Positions 1-14,000 of a DNA stretch of 64,000 nucleotides are shown here, piece after piece. Origin of the DNA: Antedon mediterranea (taxonomy: Eukaryota > Animalia > Echinodermata); contig NC_092671.1 in assembly GCF_964355755.1 (NCBI RefSeq), positions 21,841,317-21,905,316 of the forward strand, read 5' to 3'. The position numbers and the translations under genes were made by a program. The notes beneath the pieces are model-generated. The model searched no databases and had not been told where the DNA came from. It worked only from the letters and a program-made list of their open reading frames with translations. The first letter of the stretch is position 1; every line of letters starts with the position of its first letter.

Positions 1-443
1 GACATTTTAGACCATTTTGTGATTTTCGAAAAAACTTGTTAACATAAAAACATCAAAGTGCTAAGAATAGCTTCCAATCGCATTTGGAGACGTTTTAGAC
101 CATTTTGTGATTTTCGAAAAAACTTGTTAACATAAAAACATCAAAGGGCTAAGAATAGCTTCAAATCGCATTTGGAGACATTTTAGACCAATTAGTGATT
201 TTCGAAAAAACTTGGTTACACAAAAACATCAAAGTGGTTAAAATCACATTATAAACCGTTTTAGACCATTTTGAGCATATCGATAAAATTTTTTACACAA
301 AAACATCAAAGAGCACAAAATAGCTTAATATCGTATTTGGAAACGTTTTAGAACATTTTGTGATTTTCGAAAAAACTTGTTAACATAAAACACCAAAGTG
401 TACAGAATAGCTTCAAATCGCATTTGGAGACATTTTAGACCAA

Positions 444-3400
444 TTTGTGATTTTCGAAAAAACTTGTTAACATAAAAACACCAAAGTGCTAAGAATAGCT
501 TCAAATCGCATTTGGAGACATTTTAGACCAATTTGTGATTTTCGAAAAAACTTGGTTACACAAAAACATCAAAGTGCTTAAAATCACATTATAAAACCGT
601 TTTAGACCATTTTGAGCATTTCGATAACACTTTTCACACAAAAACATCAAAGAGCATAAAATAGGTTAATATCGTATTTAAAAACGTTTTAGACCATTTT
701 GAGCATTTCGACAAAACTTTTTCACACAAAACACCAAAGTGTACAGAATAGCTTAATATCGTATTTAAAAACGTTTTTGACCATTTTGTGATTTTCGAAA
801 AAACTTGTTAACATAAAAACACCAAAATGTTTAGAATAGCTTCAAATCGCATTTGGAGACGTTTTAGACCATTTTGTGATTTTCGAAAAAACTTGTTAAC
901 ACAAAAACACCAAAGTGATTAGAATAGCTTCAAATCGCATTTGGAGACGTTTTAGACCATTTTGTGATTTTCGAAAAAACTTGTTAACATAAAAACACCA
1001 AAGTGATTAGAATAGATTCAAATCGCATTTGGAGACGTTTTAGACAATTTTGTGCATTTCGATGAAACTTGGTTACACAAAAACATCAAAGTGCTTAAAA
1101 TCACATTATAAACCGTTTTAGACCATTTGAGCATATCCATAACACTTTTCACACAAAAACATCAAAGGGCACAATATAGCTTAATATCCTATTTAAAAAC
1201 GTTTTAGACCATTTTGAGCATTTCGACAAAACTTTTTCACACAAAACACCAAAGTGCTTAGAATACCTTCAAATCGCATTTGGAGACGTTTTAGACCATT
1301 TTGTGATTTTCGAAAAAACTTAACATAAAAACATCAAAGTTTACAGAATAGCTTCAAATCGCATTTGGAGACGTTTTAGACAATTTTGTGATTTTCGAAA
1401 AAACTTGTTAACATAAAAACACCAAAGTGCTTAGAATAGCTTCAAATCGCATTGGGAGACGTTTTAGACCATTTTGTGATTTTCGAAAAAAACTTGTTAA
1501 CATAAAAACATCAAAGTGTACAGAATAGCTTCAAATCGCATTTGGAGACGTTTTAGACCATTTTGTGATTTTCGAAAAAACTTGTTAACATAAAAACACC
1601 AAAGTGCTTAGAATAGCTTCAAATCGCATTTGGAGACGTTTTAAACCATTTTGTGATTTTCGAAAAAACTTGTTAACATAAAAACACCAAAATGTTTAGA
1701 ATAGCTTCAAATCGCATTTGGAGACGTTTTAGACCATTTTGTGATTTTCGAAAAAACTTGTTAACACAAAAACACCAAAGTGATTAGAATAGCTTCAAAT
1801 CGCATTTGGAGACGTTTTAGACCATTTTGTGATTTTCGAAAAAACTTGTTAACATAAAAACACCAAAGTGATTAGAATAGCTTCAAATCGCATTTGGAGA
1901 CGTTTTAGACCATTTTGTGCATTTCGATGAAACTTGGTTACGCAAAAACATCAAAGTGCTTAAAATCACATTATAAACCGTTTTAGACCATTTTGAGCAT
2001 ATCGATAACACTTTTTACACAAAACACCAAAGTGCTTAGAATAGCTTCAAATCGCATTTGGAGACGTTTTAGACCATTTTGTGATTTTCGACAAAACTTT
2101 TTCACACAAAACACCAAAGTGCTTAGAATAGCTTCAAATCGCATTTGGAGACGTTTTAGACCATTTTGTGATTTTCGAAAAAACTTGTTAACATAAAAAC
2201 ATCAAAGTGTACAGAATAGCTTCAAATCGCATTTGGAGACGTTTTAGACCATTTTGTGATTTTCGAAAAAACTTGTTAACATAAAAACACCAAAGTGCTT
2301 AGAATAGCTTCAAATCGCATTTGGAGACGTTTTAAACCATTTTGTGATTTTCGAAAAAACTTGTTAACATAAAAACACCAAAATGTTTAGAATAGCTTCA
2401 AATCGCATTTGGAGACGTTTTAGACCATTTTGTGATTTTCGAAAAAACTTGTTAACATAAAAACACCAAAGTGCTAAGAATAGCTTCAAATCGCATTTGG
2501 AGACATTTTAGACCAATTTGTGATTTTCGAAAAAACTTGGTTACACAAAAACATCAAAGTGCTTAAAATCACATTATAAAACCGTTTTAGACCATTTTGA
2601 GCATTTCGATAACACTTTTCACACAAAAACATCAAAGAGCATAAAATAGGTTAATATCGTATTTAAAAACGTTTTAGACCATTTTGAGCATTTCGACAAA
2701 ACTTTTTCACACAAAACACCAAAGTGTACAGAATAGCTTAATATCGTATTTAAAAACGTTTTTGACCATTTTGTGATTTTCGAAAAAACTTGTTAACATA
2801 AAAACACCAAAATGTTTAGAATAGCTTCAAATCGCATTTGGAGACGTTTTAGACCATTTTGTGATTTTCGAAAAAACTTGTTAACACAAAAACACCAAAG
2901 TGATTAGAATAGCTTCAAATCGCATTTGGAGACGTTTTAGACCATTTTGTGATTTTCGAAAAAACTTGTTAACATAAAAACACCAAAGTGATTAGAATAG
3001 ATTCAAATCGCATTTGGAGACGTTTTAGACAATTTTGTGCATTTCGATGAAACTTGGTTACACAAAAACATCAAAGTGCTTAAAATCACATTATAAACCG
3101 TTTTAGACCATTTGAGCATATCCATAACACTTTTCACACAAAAACATCAAAGGGCACAATATAGCTTAATATCCTATTTAAAAACGTTTTAGACCATTTT
3201 GAGCATTTCGACAAAACTTTTTCACACAAAACACCAAAGTGCTTAGAATACCTTCAAATCGCATTTGGAGACGTTTTAGACCATTTTGTGATTTTCGAAA
3301 AAACTTAACATAAAAACATCAAAGTTTACAGAATAGCTTCAAATCGCATTTGGAGACGTTTTAGACAATTTTGTGATTTTCGAAAAAACTTGTTAACATA

Positions 3401-4442
3401 AAAACACCAAAGTGCTTAGAATAGCTTCAAATCGCATTGGGAGACGTTTTAGACCATTTTGTGATTTTCGAAAAAAACTTGTTAACATAAAAACATCAAA
3501 GTGTACAGAATAGCTTCAAATCGCATTTGGAGACGTTTTAGACCATTTTGTGATTTTCGAAAAAACTTGTTAACATAAAAACACCAAAGTGCTTAGAATA
3601 GCTTCAAATCGCATTTGGAGACGTTTTAAACCATTTTGTGATTTTCGAAAAAACTTGTTAACATAAAAACACCAAAATGTTTAGAATAGCTTCAAATCGC
3701 ATTTGGAGACGTTTTAGACCATTTTGTGATTTTCGAAAAAACTTGTTAACACAAAAACACCAAAGTGATTAGAATAGCTTCAAATCGCATTTGGAGACGT
3801 TTTAGACCATTTTGTGATTTTCGAAAAAACTTGTTAACATAAAAACACCAAAGTGATTAGAATAGCTTCAAATCGCATTTGGAGACGTTTTAGACCATTT
3901 TGTGCATTTCGATGAAACTTGGTTACGCAAAAACATCAAAGTGCTTAAAATCACATTATAAACCGTTTTAGACCATTTTGAGCATATCGATAACACTTTT
4001 TACACAAAACACCAAAGTGCTTAGAATAGCTTCAAATCGCATTTGGAGACGTTTTAGACCATTTTGTGATTTTCGACAAAACTTTTTCACACAAAACACC
4101 AAAGTGCTTAGAATAGCTTCAAATCGCATTTGGAGACGTTTTAGACCATTTTGTGATTTTCGAAAAAACTTGTTAACATAAAAACATCAAAGTGTACAGA
4201 ATAGCTTCAAATCGCATTTGGAGACGTTTTAGACCATTTTGTGATTTTCGAAAAAACTTGTTAACATAAAAACACCAAAGTGCTTAGAATAGCTTCAAAT
4301 CGCATTTGGAGACGTTTTAAACCATTTTGTGATTTTCGAAAAAACTTGTTAACATAAAAACACCAAAATGTTTAGAATAGCTTCAAATCGCATTTGGAGA
4401 CGTTTTAGACCATTTTGTGATTTTCGAAAAAACTTGTTAACA
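444..4442 (+). repeat. Tandem duplication, 1985-bp unit (about 23 monomers)
   Basis: Rare variants recur at +1985: acgtttttgacc (~776/2761), a 3-bp deletion aaaacttaac (~1320/3305), and the ORFs at 1993/3978. Flanking mismatches lie at 443 vs 2428 and 2458 vs 4443. Confidence 0.9.
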
Positions 4443-7400
4443 CAAAAACACCAAAGTGATTAGAATAGCTTCAAATCGCATTTGGAGACGTTTTAGACCA
4501 TTTTGTGATTTTCGAAAAAACTTGTTAACATAAAAACACCAAAGTGATTAGAATAGCTTCAAATCGCATTTGGAGACGTTTTAGACCATTTTGTGATTTT
4601 CGAAAAAACTTGTTAACATAAAAACACCAAAGTTCTTAAAATAGCTTCAAATCGCATTTGGAGACGTTTTAGACCATTTTGTGATTTTCGAAAAAACTTG
4701 TTAACATAAAAACACCAAAGTGTTTAGAAAAGCTTCAAATCGCATTTGGAGACGTTTTAGACCATTTTGGGATTTTCGAAAAAACTTGTTAACATAAAAA
4801 CACCAAAGTGCTTAGAATAGCTTCAAATCGCATTTGGAGACGTTTTAGACCATTTTGTAATTTTCAAAAAAACTTGTTAACATAAAAACACCAAAGTTCT
4901 TAGAATAGCTTCAAATCGCATTTGGAGACGTTTTAGACCATTTTGTGCATTTCGATGAAACTTGGTTACACAAAAACATCAAAGTGCTTAAAATCACATT
5001 ATAAACCGTTTTAGACCATTTGAGCATTTCGATAACACTTTTCACACAAAAACATCAAAGGGCACAATATAGCTTAATATCCTATTTAAAAACGTTTTAG
5101 ACCATTTTGAGCATTTCGACAAAACTTTTTCACACAAAACACCAAAGTGCTTAGAATACCTTCAAATCGCATTTGGAGACGTTTTAGACAATTTTGTGAT
5201 TTTCGAAAAAACTTGTTAACATAAAAACATCAAAGTTTACAGAATAGCTTCAAATCGCATTTGGAGACGTTTTAGACCATTTTGTGATTTTCGAAAAAAC
5301 TTGTTAACATAAAAACACCAAAGTGCTTAGAATAGCTTCAAATCGCATTAGGAGACGTTTTAGACCATTTTGTGATTTTCGAAAAAACTTGTTAACATAA
5401 AAACACCAAAGTGCTTAGAATAGCTTCAAATCGCATTTGGAGACGTTTTAGACCATTTTGTGATTTTCGAAAAAACTTGTTAACATAAAAACACCAAAAT
5501 GTTTAGAATAGCTTCAAATCGCATTTGGAGACGTTTTAGACCATTTTGTGATTTTCGAAAAAACTTGTTAACACAAAAACACCAAAGTGATTAGAATAGC
5601 TTCAAATCGCATTTGGAGACGTTTTAGACCATTTTGTGCATTTCGATGAAACTTGGTTACGCAAAAACATCAAAGTGCTTAAAATCACATTATAAACCGT
5701 TTTAGACCATTTTGAGCATATCGATAACACTTTTCACACAAAAACATCAAAGAGCACAATATAGCTTAATATCGTATTTAAAAACGTTTTAGACCATTTT
5801 GAGCATTTCGACAAAACTTTTTCACACAAAACACCAAAGTGCTTAGAATAGCTTCAAATCGCATTTGGAGACGTTTTAGACCATTTTGTGATTTTCGAAA
5901 AAACTTGTTAACATAAAAACATCAAAGTGCTAAGAATAGCTTCAAATCGAATTTGGAGACATTTTAGACCAATTAGTGATTTTCGAAAAAACTTGGTTAC
6001 ACAAAAACATCAAAGTGGTTAAAATCACATTATAAACCGTTTTAGACCATTTTGAGCATTTCGATAACACTTTTCACACAAAAACATCAAAGTGCTTAGA
6101 ATAGCTTCAAATCGCATTTGGAGACGTTTTAGACCATTTTGTGATTTTCGAAAAAAACTTTTTAACATAAACACACCAAACTGCTAAGAATAGCTTCAAA
6201 TCGCATATGGAGACAATTTAGACCATTTTGTGATTTTCGAAAAAACTTGTTAACATAAAAACACCAAAGTGCTTAGAATACCTTCAAATCGCATTTGGAG
6301 ACATTTTAGACCATTTTGTGATTTTCGAAAAAACTTGTTAACATAAAAACATCAAAGTGCTAAGAATAGCTTCCAATCGCATTTGGAGACGTTTTAGACC
6401 ATTTTGTGATTTTCGAAAACAACTTGTTAACATAAAAACACCAAAGTGCTTAGAATAGCTTCAAATCGCATTTGGAGACGTTTTAGACCATTTTGTGATT
6501 TTCGAAAAAACTTGTTAACATAAAAACATCAAAGTGCTAAGAATAGCTTCAAATCGAATTTGGAGACATTTTAGACCAATTAGTGATTTTCGAAAAAACT
6601 TGGTTACACAAAAACATCAAAGTGGTTAAAATCACATTATAAACCGTTTTAGACCATTTTGAGCATTTCGATAACACTTTTCACACAAAAACATCAAAGA
6701 GCACAAAATAGCTTAATATCGTATTTAAAAACGTTTTAAACCATTTTGAACATTTCGACAAAACTTTTTCACACAAAACACCAAAGTGTACAGAATAGCT
6801 TCAAATCGCATTTGGAGACGTTTTAGACCATTTTGTGATTTTCGAAAAAACTTGTTAATATAAAAACACCAAAGTACTTAGAATAGCTTCAAATCGCATT
6901 TGGAGACGTTGTAGACCATTTTGTGATTTTCGAAAAAACTTGTTAACATAAAAACACCAAAGTTTACAGAATAGCTTCAAATCGCATTTGTTTTAGACAA
7001 TTTTGTGCATTTCGATGAAACTTGGTTACACAAAAACATCAAAGTGCTTAAAATCACATTATAAACCGTTTTAGACCATTTGAGCATTTCCATAACACTT
7101 TTCACACAAAAACATCAAAGGGCACAATATAGCTTAATATCCTATTTAAAAACTTTTTAGACCATTTTGAGCATTTCGACAAAACTTTTTCACACAAAAC
7201 ACCAAAGTGCTTAGAATACCTTCAAATCGCATTTGGAGACGTTTTAGACCATTTTGTGATTTTCGAAAAAACTTGTTAACATAAAAACACCAAAATGTTT
7301 AGAATAGCTTCAAATCGCATTTGTAGACGTTTTAGACCATTTTGTGATTTTCGAAAAAACTTGTTAACACAAAAACACCAAAGTGATTAGAATAGCTTCA

Positions 7401-10038
7401 AATCGCATTTGGAGACGTTTTAGACCATTTTGTGCATTTCGATGAAACTTGGTTACGCAAAAACATCAAAGTGCTTAAAATCACATTATAAACCGTTTTA
7501 GACCATTTTGAGCATATCGATAACACTTTTCACACAAAAACATCAAAGAGCACAATATAGCTTAATATCGTATTTAAAAACGTTTTAGACCATTTTGAGC
7601 AATTCGACAAAACTTTTTCACACAAAACACCAAAGTGCTTAGAATAGCTTCAAATCGCATTTGGAGACGTTTTAGACCATTTTGTGATTTTCGAAAAAAC
7701 TTGTTAACATAAAAACATCAAAGGGCTAAGAATAGCTTCAAATCGCATTTGGAGACATTTTAGACCAATTAGTGATTTTCGAAAAAACTTGGTTACATAA
7801 AAACATCAAAGTGGTTAAAATCACATTATAAACCGTTTTAGACCATTTTGAGCATTTCGATAACACTTTTCACACAAAAACATCAAAGTGCACAAAATAG
7901 CTTAATATCGTATTTGGAAACGTTTTAGAACATTTTGTGATTTTCGAAAAAACTTGTTAACATAAAACACCAAAGTGTACAGAATAGCTTCAAATCGCAT
8001 TTGGAGACATTTTAGACCAATTTGTGATTTTCGAAAAAACTTGTTAACATAAAAACACCAAAGTGCTTAGAATACCTTCAAATCGCATTTGGAGACGTTT
8101 AAGACCATTTTGTGATTTTCGAAAAAACTTGTTAACATAAAAAAACCAAAGTGCTTAGAATAGCTTCAAATCGCATTTGGAGACGTTTTAGACCAATTTG
8201 TGATTTTCGAAAAAACTTGGTTACACAAAAACATCAAAGTGGATAAAAGCACATTATAAACCGTTTTAGACCATTTTGAGCATTTCGATAACACATTTCA
8301 CACAAAAACATCAAAGACCACAAAATAGCTTAATATCGTATTTAAAAACGTTTTAAACCATTTTGAGCATTTCGACAAAACTTTTTCACACAAAACACCA
8401 AAGTGTACAGAATAGCTTCAAATCGCATTTGGAGACGTTTTAGACCATTTTGTGATTTTCGAAAAAACTTGTTAATATAAAAACACCAAAGTACTTAGAA
8501 TAGCTTCAAATCGCATTTGGAGACGTTTTAGACCATTTTGTGATTTTCGAAAAAACTTGTTAACATAAAAACATCAAAGTGCTAAGAATAGCTTCCAATC
8601 GCATTTGGAGACATTTTAGACCAATTTGTGATTTTCGAAAAAACTTGGTTACACAAAAACATCAAAGTGCTTAAAATCACATTATAAACCGTTTTAGACC
8701 ATTTTGAGCATTTCGATAACACATTTCACACAAAAACATCAAAGAGCACAAAATAGCTTAATATCGTATTTAAAAACGTTTTAAACCATTTTGAGCATTT
8801 CGACAAAACTTTTTCACACAAAACACCAAAGTGTTTAGAAAAGCTTCAAATCGCATTTGGAGACGTTTTAGACCATTTTGTAATTTTCGAAAAAACTTGT
8901 TAACATAAAAACACCAAAATGTTTAGAATAGCTTCGAATCGCATTTGGAGACGTTTTAGACCATTTTGTGATTTTCGAAAAAACTTGTTAACACAAAAAC
9001 ACCAAATTTATTAGAATAGCTTCAAATCGCATTTGGAGACGTTTTAGACCATTTTGTGATTTTCGAAAAAACTTGTTAACATAAAAACACCAAAGTGATT
9101 AGAATAGCTTCAAATCGCATTTGGAGACGTTTTAGACCATTTTGTGCATTTCGATGAAACTTGGTTACGCAAAAACATCAAAGTAATAATCACATTATAA
9201 ACAGTTTTAGACCATTTTGAGCATATCGATAAAACTTTTTACACAAAACACCAAAGTGCTTAGAATAGCTTCAAATCGCATTTGGAGACGTTTTAGACCA
9301 TTTTGTGATTTTCGAAAAAACTTGTTAACATAAAAACATCAAAGTGTACAGAATAGCTTCAAATCGCATTTGGAGACGTTTTAGACCATTTTGTGATTTT
9401 CGAAAAAACTTGTTAACATAAAAACACCAAAGTGCTTAGAATAGCTTCAAATCGCATTAGGAGACGTTTTAGACCATTTTGTTATTTTCGAAAAAACTTG
9501 TTAACATAAAAACACCAAAATGTTTAGAATAGCTTCAAATCGCATTTGTAGACGTTTTAGACCATTTTGTGATTTTCGAAAAAACTTGTTAACACAAAAA
9601 ACCAAAGTGATTAGAATAGCTTCAAATCGCATTTGGAGACGTTTTAGACCATTTTGTGCATTTCGATGAAACTTGGTTACGCAAAAACATCAAAGTGCTT
9701 AAAATCACATTATAAACTGTTTTAGACCATTTTGAGCATATCGATAACACTTTTCACACAAAAACATCAAAGAGCACAATATAGCTTAATATCGTATTTA
9801 AAAACGTTTTAGACCATTTTGAGCAATTCGACAAAACTTTTTCACACAAAACACCAAAGTGCTTAGAATAGCTTCAAATCGCATTTGGAGACGTTTTAGA
9901 CCATTTTGTGATTTTCGAAAAAACTTGTTAACATAAAAACATCAAAGGGCTAAGAATAGCTTCAAATCGCATTTGGAGACATTTTAGACCAATTAGTGAT
10001 TTTCGAAAAAACTTGGTTACACAAAAACATCAAAGTGG

Positions 10039-11018
10039 TTAAAATCACATTATAAACCGTTTTAGACCATTTTGAGCATATCGATAAAATTTTTTACACA
10101 AAAACATCAAAGAGCACAAAATAGCTTAATATCGTATTTGGAAACGTTTTAGAACATTTTGTGATTTTCGAAAAAACTTGTTAACATAAAACACCAAAGT
10201 GTACAGAATAGCTTCAAATCGCATTTGGAGACATTTTAGACCAATTTGTGATTTTCGAAAAAACTTGTTAACATAAAAACACCAAAGTGCTAAGAATAGC
10301 TTCAAATCGCATTTGGAGACATTTTAGACCAATTTGTGATTTTCGAAAAAACTTGGTTACACAAAAACATCAAAGTGCTTAAAATCACATTATAAAACCG
10401 TTTTAGACCATTTTGAGCATTTCGATAACAGTTTTCACACAAAAACATCAAAGAGCATAAAATAGGTTAATATCGTATTTAAAAACGTTTTAGACCATTT
10501 TGAGCATTTCGATGAAACTTGGTTACGCAAAAACATCAAAGTGCTTAAAATCACATTATAAACCGTTTTAGACCATTTTGAGCATATCGATAAAATTTTT
10601 TACACAAAAACATCAAAGAGCACAAAATAGCTTAATATCGTATTTGGAAACGTTTTAGAACATTTTGTGATTTTCGAAAAAACTTGTTAACATAAAACAC
10701 CAAAGTGTACAGAATAGCTTCAAATCGCATTTGGAGACATTTTAGACCAATTTGTGATTTTCGAAAAAATTTGTTAACATAAAAACACCAAAGTGCTAAG
10801 AATAGCTTCAAATCGCATTTGGAGACATTTTAGACCAATTTGTGATTTTCGAAAAAACTTGGTTACACAAAAACATCAAAGTGCTTAAAATCACATTATA
10901 AAACCGTTTTAGACCATTTTGAGCATTTCGATAACACTTTTCACACAAAAACATCAAAGAGCATAAAATAGGTTAATATCGTATTTAAAAACGTTTTAGA
11001 CCATTTTGAGCATTTCGA
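10039..11018 (+). repeat. Tandem duplication, 506-bp unit (6 monomers), itself re-copied elsewhere
   Basis: tcgataaaatttttt occurs at 10081 and 10587. The same doublet is at 30915/31421 and, inverted, near 39.7/40.2 kb and 51.6/52.1 kb. Confidence 0.85.
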
Positions 11019-14000
11019 CAAAACTTTTTCACACAAAACACCAAAGTATACAGAATAGCTTAATATCGTATTTAAAAACGTTTTAGACCATTTTGTGATT
11101 TTCGAAAAAACTTGTTAACATAAAAACACCAAAGTGCTTACAATAGCTTCAAATCGCATTAGGAGACGTTTTAGACCATTTTGTGATTTTCGAAAAAACT
11201 TGTTAACATAAAAACATCAAAGTGTACAGAATAGCTTCAAATCGCATTTGGAGACGTTTTAGACCATTTTGTGATTTTCAAAAAAAAACTTGTTAACATA
11301 AAAACACCAAAGTTTACAGAATAGCTTCAAATCGCATTTGGAGACGTTTTAGACAATTTTGTGATTTTCGAAAAAACTTGTTAACATAAAAACACCAAAA
11401 TGTTTAGAATAGCTTCAAATCGCATTTGGAGACGTTTTAGACCATTTTGTGATTTTCGAAAAAACTTGTTAATATAAAAACACCAAAGTACTTAGAATAG
11501 CTTCAAATCGCATTTGGAGACGTTTTAGACCATTTTGTGATTTTCGAAAAAACTTGTTAACATAAAAACACCAAAGTTCTTAAAATAGCTTCAAATCGCA
11601 TTTGGAGACGTTTTGGACCATTTTGTGATTTTCGAAAAAACTTGTTAACACAAAAACACCAAAGTGTTTAGAAAAGCTTCAAATCGCATTTGGAGAAGTT
11701 TTAGACCATTTTGTGATTTTCGAAAAAACTTGTTAACATAAAAACACCAAAGTGTTTAGAAAAGCTTCAAATCGCATTTGGAGACGTTTTAGACCATTTT
11801 GGGATTTTCTAAAAAACTTGTTAACATAAAAACACCAAAGTGCTTAGAATAGCTTCAAATCGCATTTGGAGACGTTTTAGACCATTTTGTAATTTTCAAA
11901 AAAACTTGTTAACATAAAAACACCAAAGTTCTTAGAATAGCTTCAAATCGCATTTGGAGACGTTTTAGACCATTTTGTGCATTTCGATGAAACTTGGTTA
12001 CACAAAAACATCAAAGTCCTTAAAATCACATTATAAACCGTTTTAGACCATTTGAGCATTTCGATAACACTTTTCACACAAAAACATCAAAGAGCACAAT
12101 ATAGCTTAATATCCTATTTAAAAACGTTTTAGACCATTTTGAGCATTTCGACAAAACTTTTTCACACAAAACACCAAAGTGCTTAGAATACCTTCAAATC
12201 GCATTTGGAGACGTTTTAGACCATTTTGTGTTTTTCGAAAAAACTTGTTAACATAAAAACATCAAAGTTTACAGAATAGCTTCAAATCGCATTTGGAGAC
12301 GTTTTAGACAATTTTGTGATTTTCGAAAAAACTTGTTAATATAAAAACACCAAAGTGCTTAGAATAGCTTCAAATCGCATTGGGAGACGTTTTAGACCAT
12401 TTTGTGATTTTCGAAAAAACTTGTTAACATAAAAACATCAAAGTGTACAGAATAGCTTCAAATCGCATTTGGAGACGTTTTAGACCATTTTGTGATTTTC
12501 GAAAAAACTTGTTAACATAAAAACACCAAAGTGCTTAGAATAGCTTCAAATCGCATTTGGAGACGTTTTAAACCATTTTGTGATTTTCGAAAAAACTTGT
12601 TAACATAAAAACACCAAAATGTTTAGAATAGCTTCAAATCGCATTTGGAGACGTTTTAGACCATTTTGTGATTTTCGAAAAAACTTGTTAACACAAAAAC
12701 ACCAAAGTGATTAGAATAGCTTCAAATCGCATTTGGAGACGTTTTAGACCATTTTCTGATTTTCGAAAAAACTTGTTAACATAAAAACACCAAAGTGATT
12801 AGAATAGCTTCAAATCGCATTTGGAGACGTTTTAGACCATTTTGTGCATTTCGATGAAACTTGGTTACGCAAAAACATCAAAGTGCTTAAAATCACATTA
12901 TAAACCGTTTTAGACCATTTTGAGCATATCGATAAAACTTTTTACACAAAAACATCAAAGAGCACAAAATAGCTTAATATCGTATTTGGAAACGTTTTAG
13001 AACATTTTGTGATTTTCGAAAAAACTTGTTAACATAAAACACCAAAGTGTACAGAATAGCTTCAAATCGCATTTGGAGACATTTTAGACCAATTTGTGAT
13101 TTTCGAAAAAACTTGTTAACATAAAAACACCAAAGTGCTAAGAATAGCTTCAAATCGCATTTGGAGACATTTTAGACCAATTTGTGATTTTCGAAAAAAC
13201 TTGGTTACACAAAAACATCAAAGTGCTTAAAATCACATTATAAAACCGTTTTAGACCATTTTGAGCATTTCGATAACACTTTTCACACAAAAACATCAAA
13301 GAGCATAAAATAGGTTAATATCGTATTTAAAAACGTTTTAGACCATTTTGAGCATTCCGACAAAACTTTTTCACACAAAACACCAAAGTGTACAGAATAG
13401 CTTAATATCGTATTTAAAAACGTTTTAGACCATTTTGTGATTTTCGAAAAAACTTGTTAACATAAAAACACCAAAATGTTTAGAATAGCTTCAAATCGCA
13501 TTTGGAGACGTTTTAGACCATTTTGTGATTTTCGAAAAAACTTGTTAACACAAAAACACCAAAGTGATTAGAATAGCTTCAAATCGCATTTGGAGACGTT
13601 TTAGACCATTTTGTGATTTTCGAAAAAACTTGTTAACATAAAAACACCAAAGTGATTAGAATAGATTCAAATCGCATTTGGAGACGTTTTAGACCATTTT
13701 GTGCATTTCGATGAAACTTGGTTACGCAAAAACATCAATGTGCTTAAAATCACATTATAAACCGTTTTAGACCATTTTGAGCATATCCATAAAACTTTTT
13801 ACACAAAACACCAAAGTGCTTAGAATAGCTTCAAATCGCATTTGGAGACGTTTTAGACCATTTTGTGATTTTCGACAAAACTTTTTCACACAAAACACCA
13901 AAGTGCTTAGAATACCTTCAAATCGCATTTGGAGACGTTTTAGACCATTTTGTGATTTTCGAAAAAACTTGTTAACATAAAAACATCAAAGTGTACAGAA

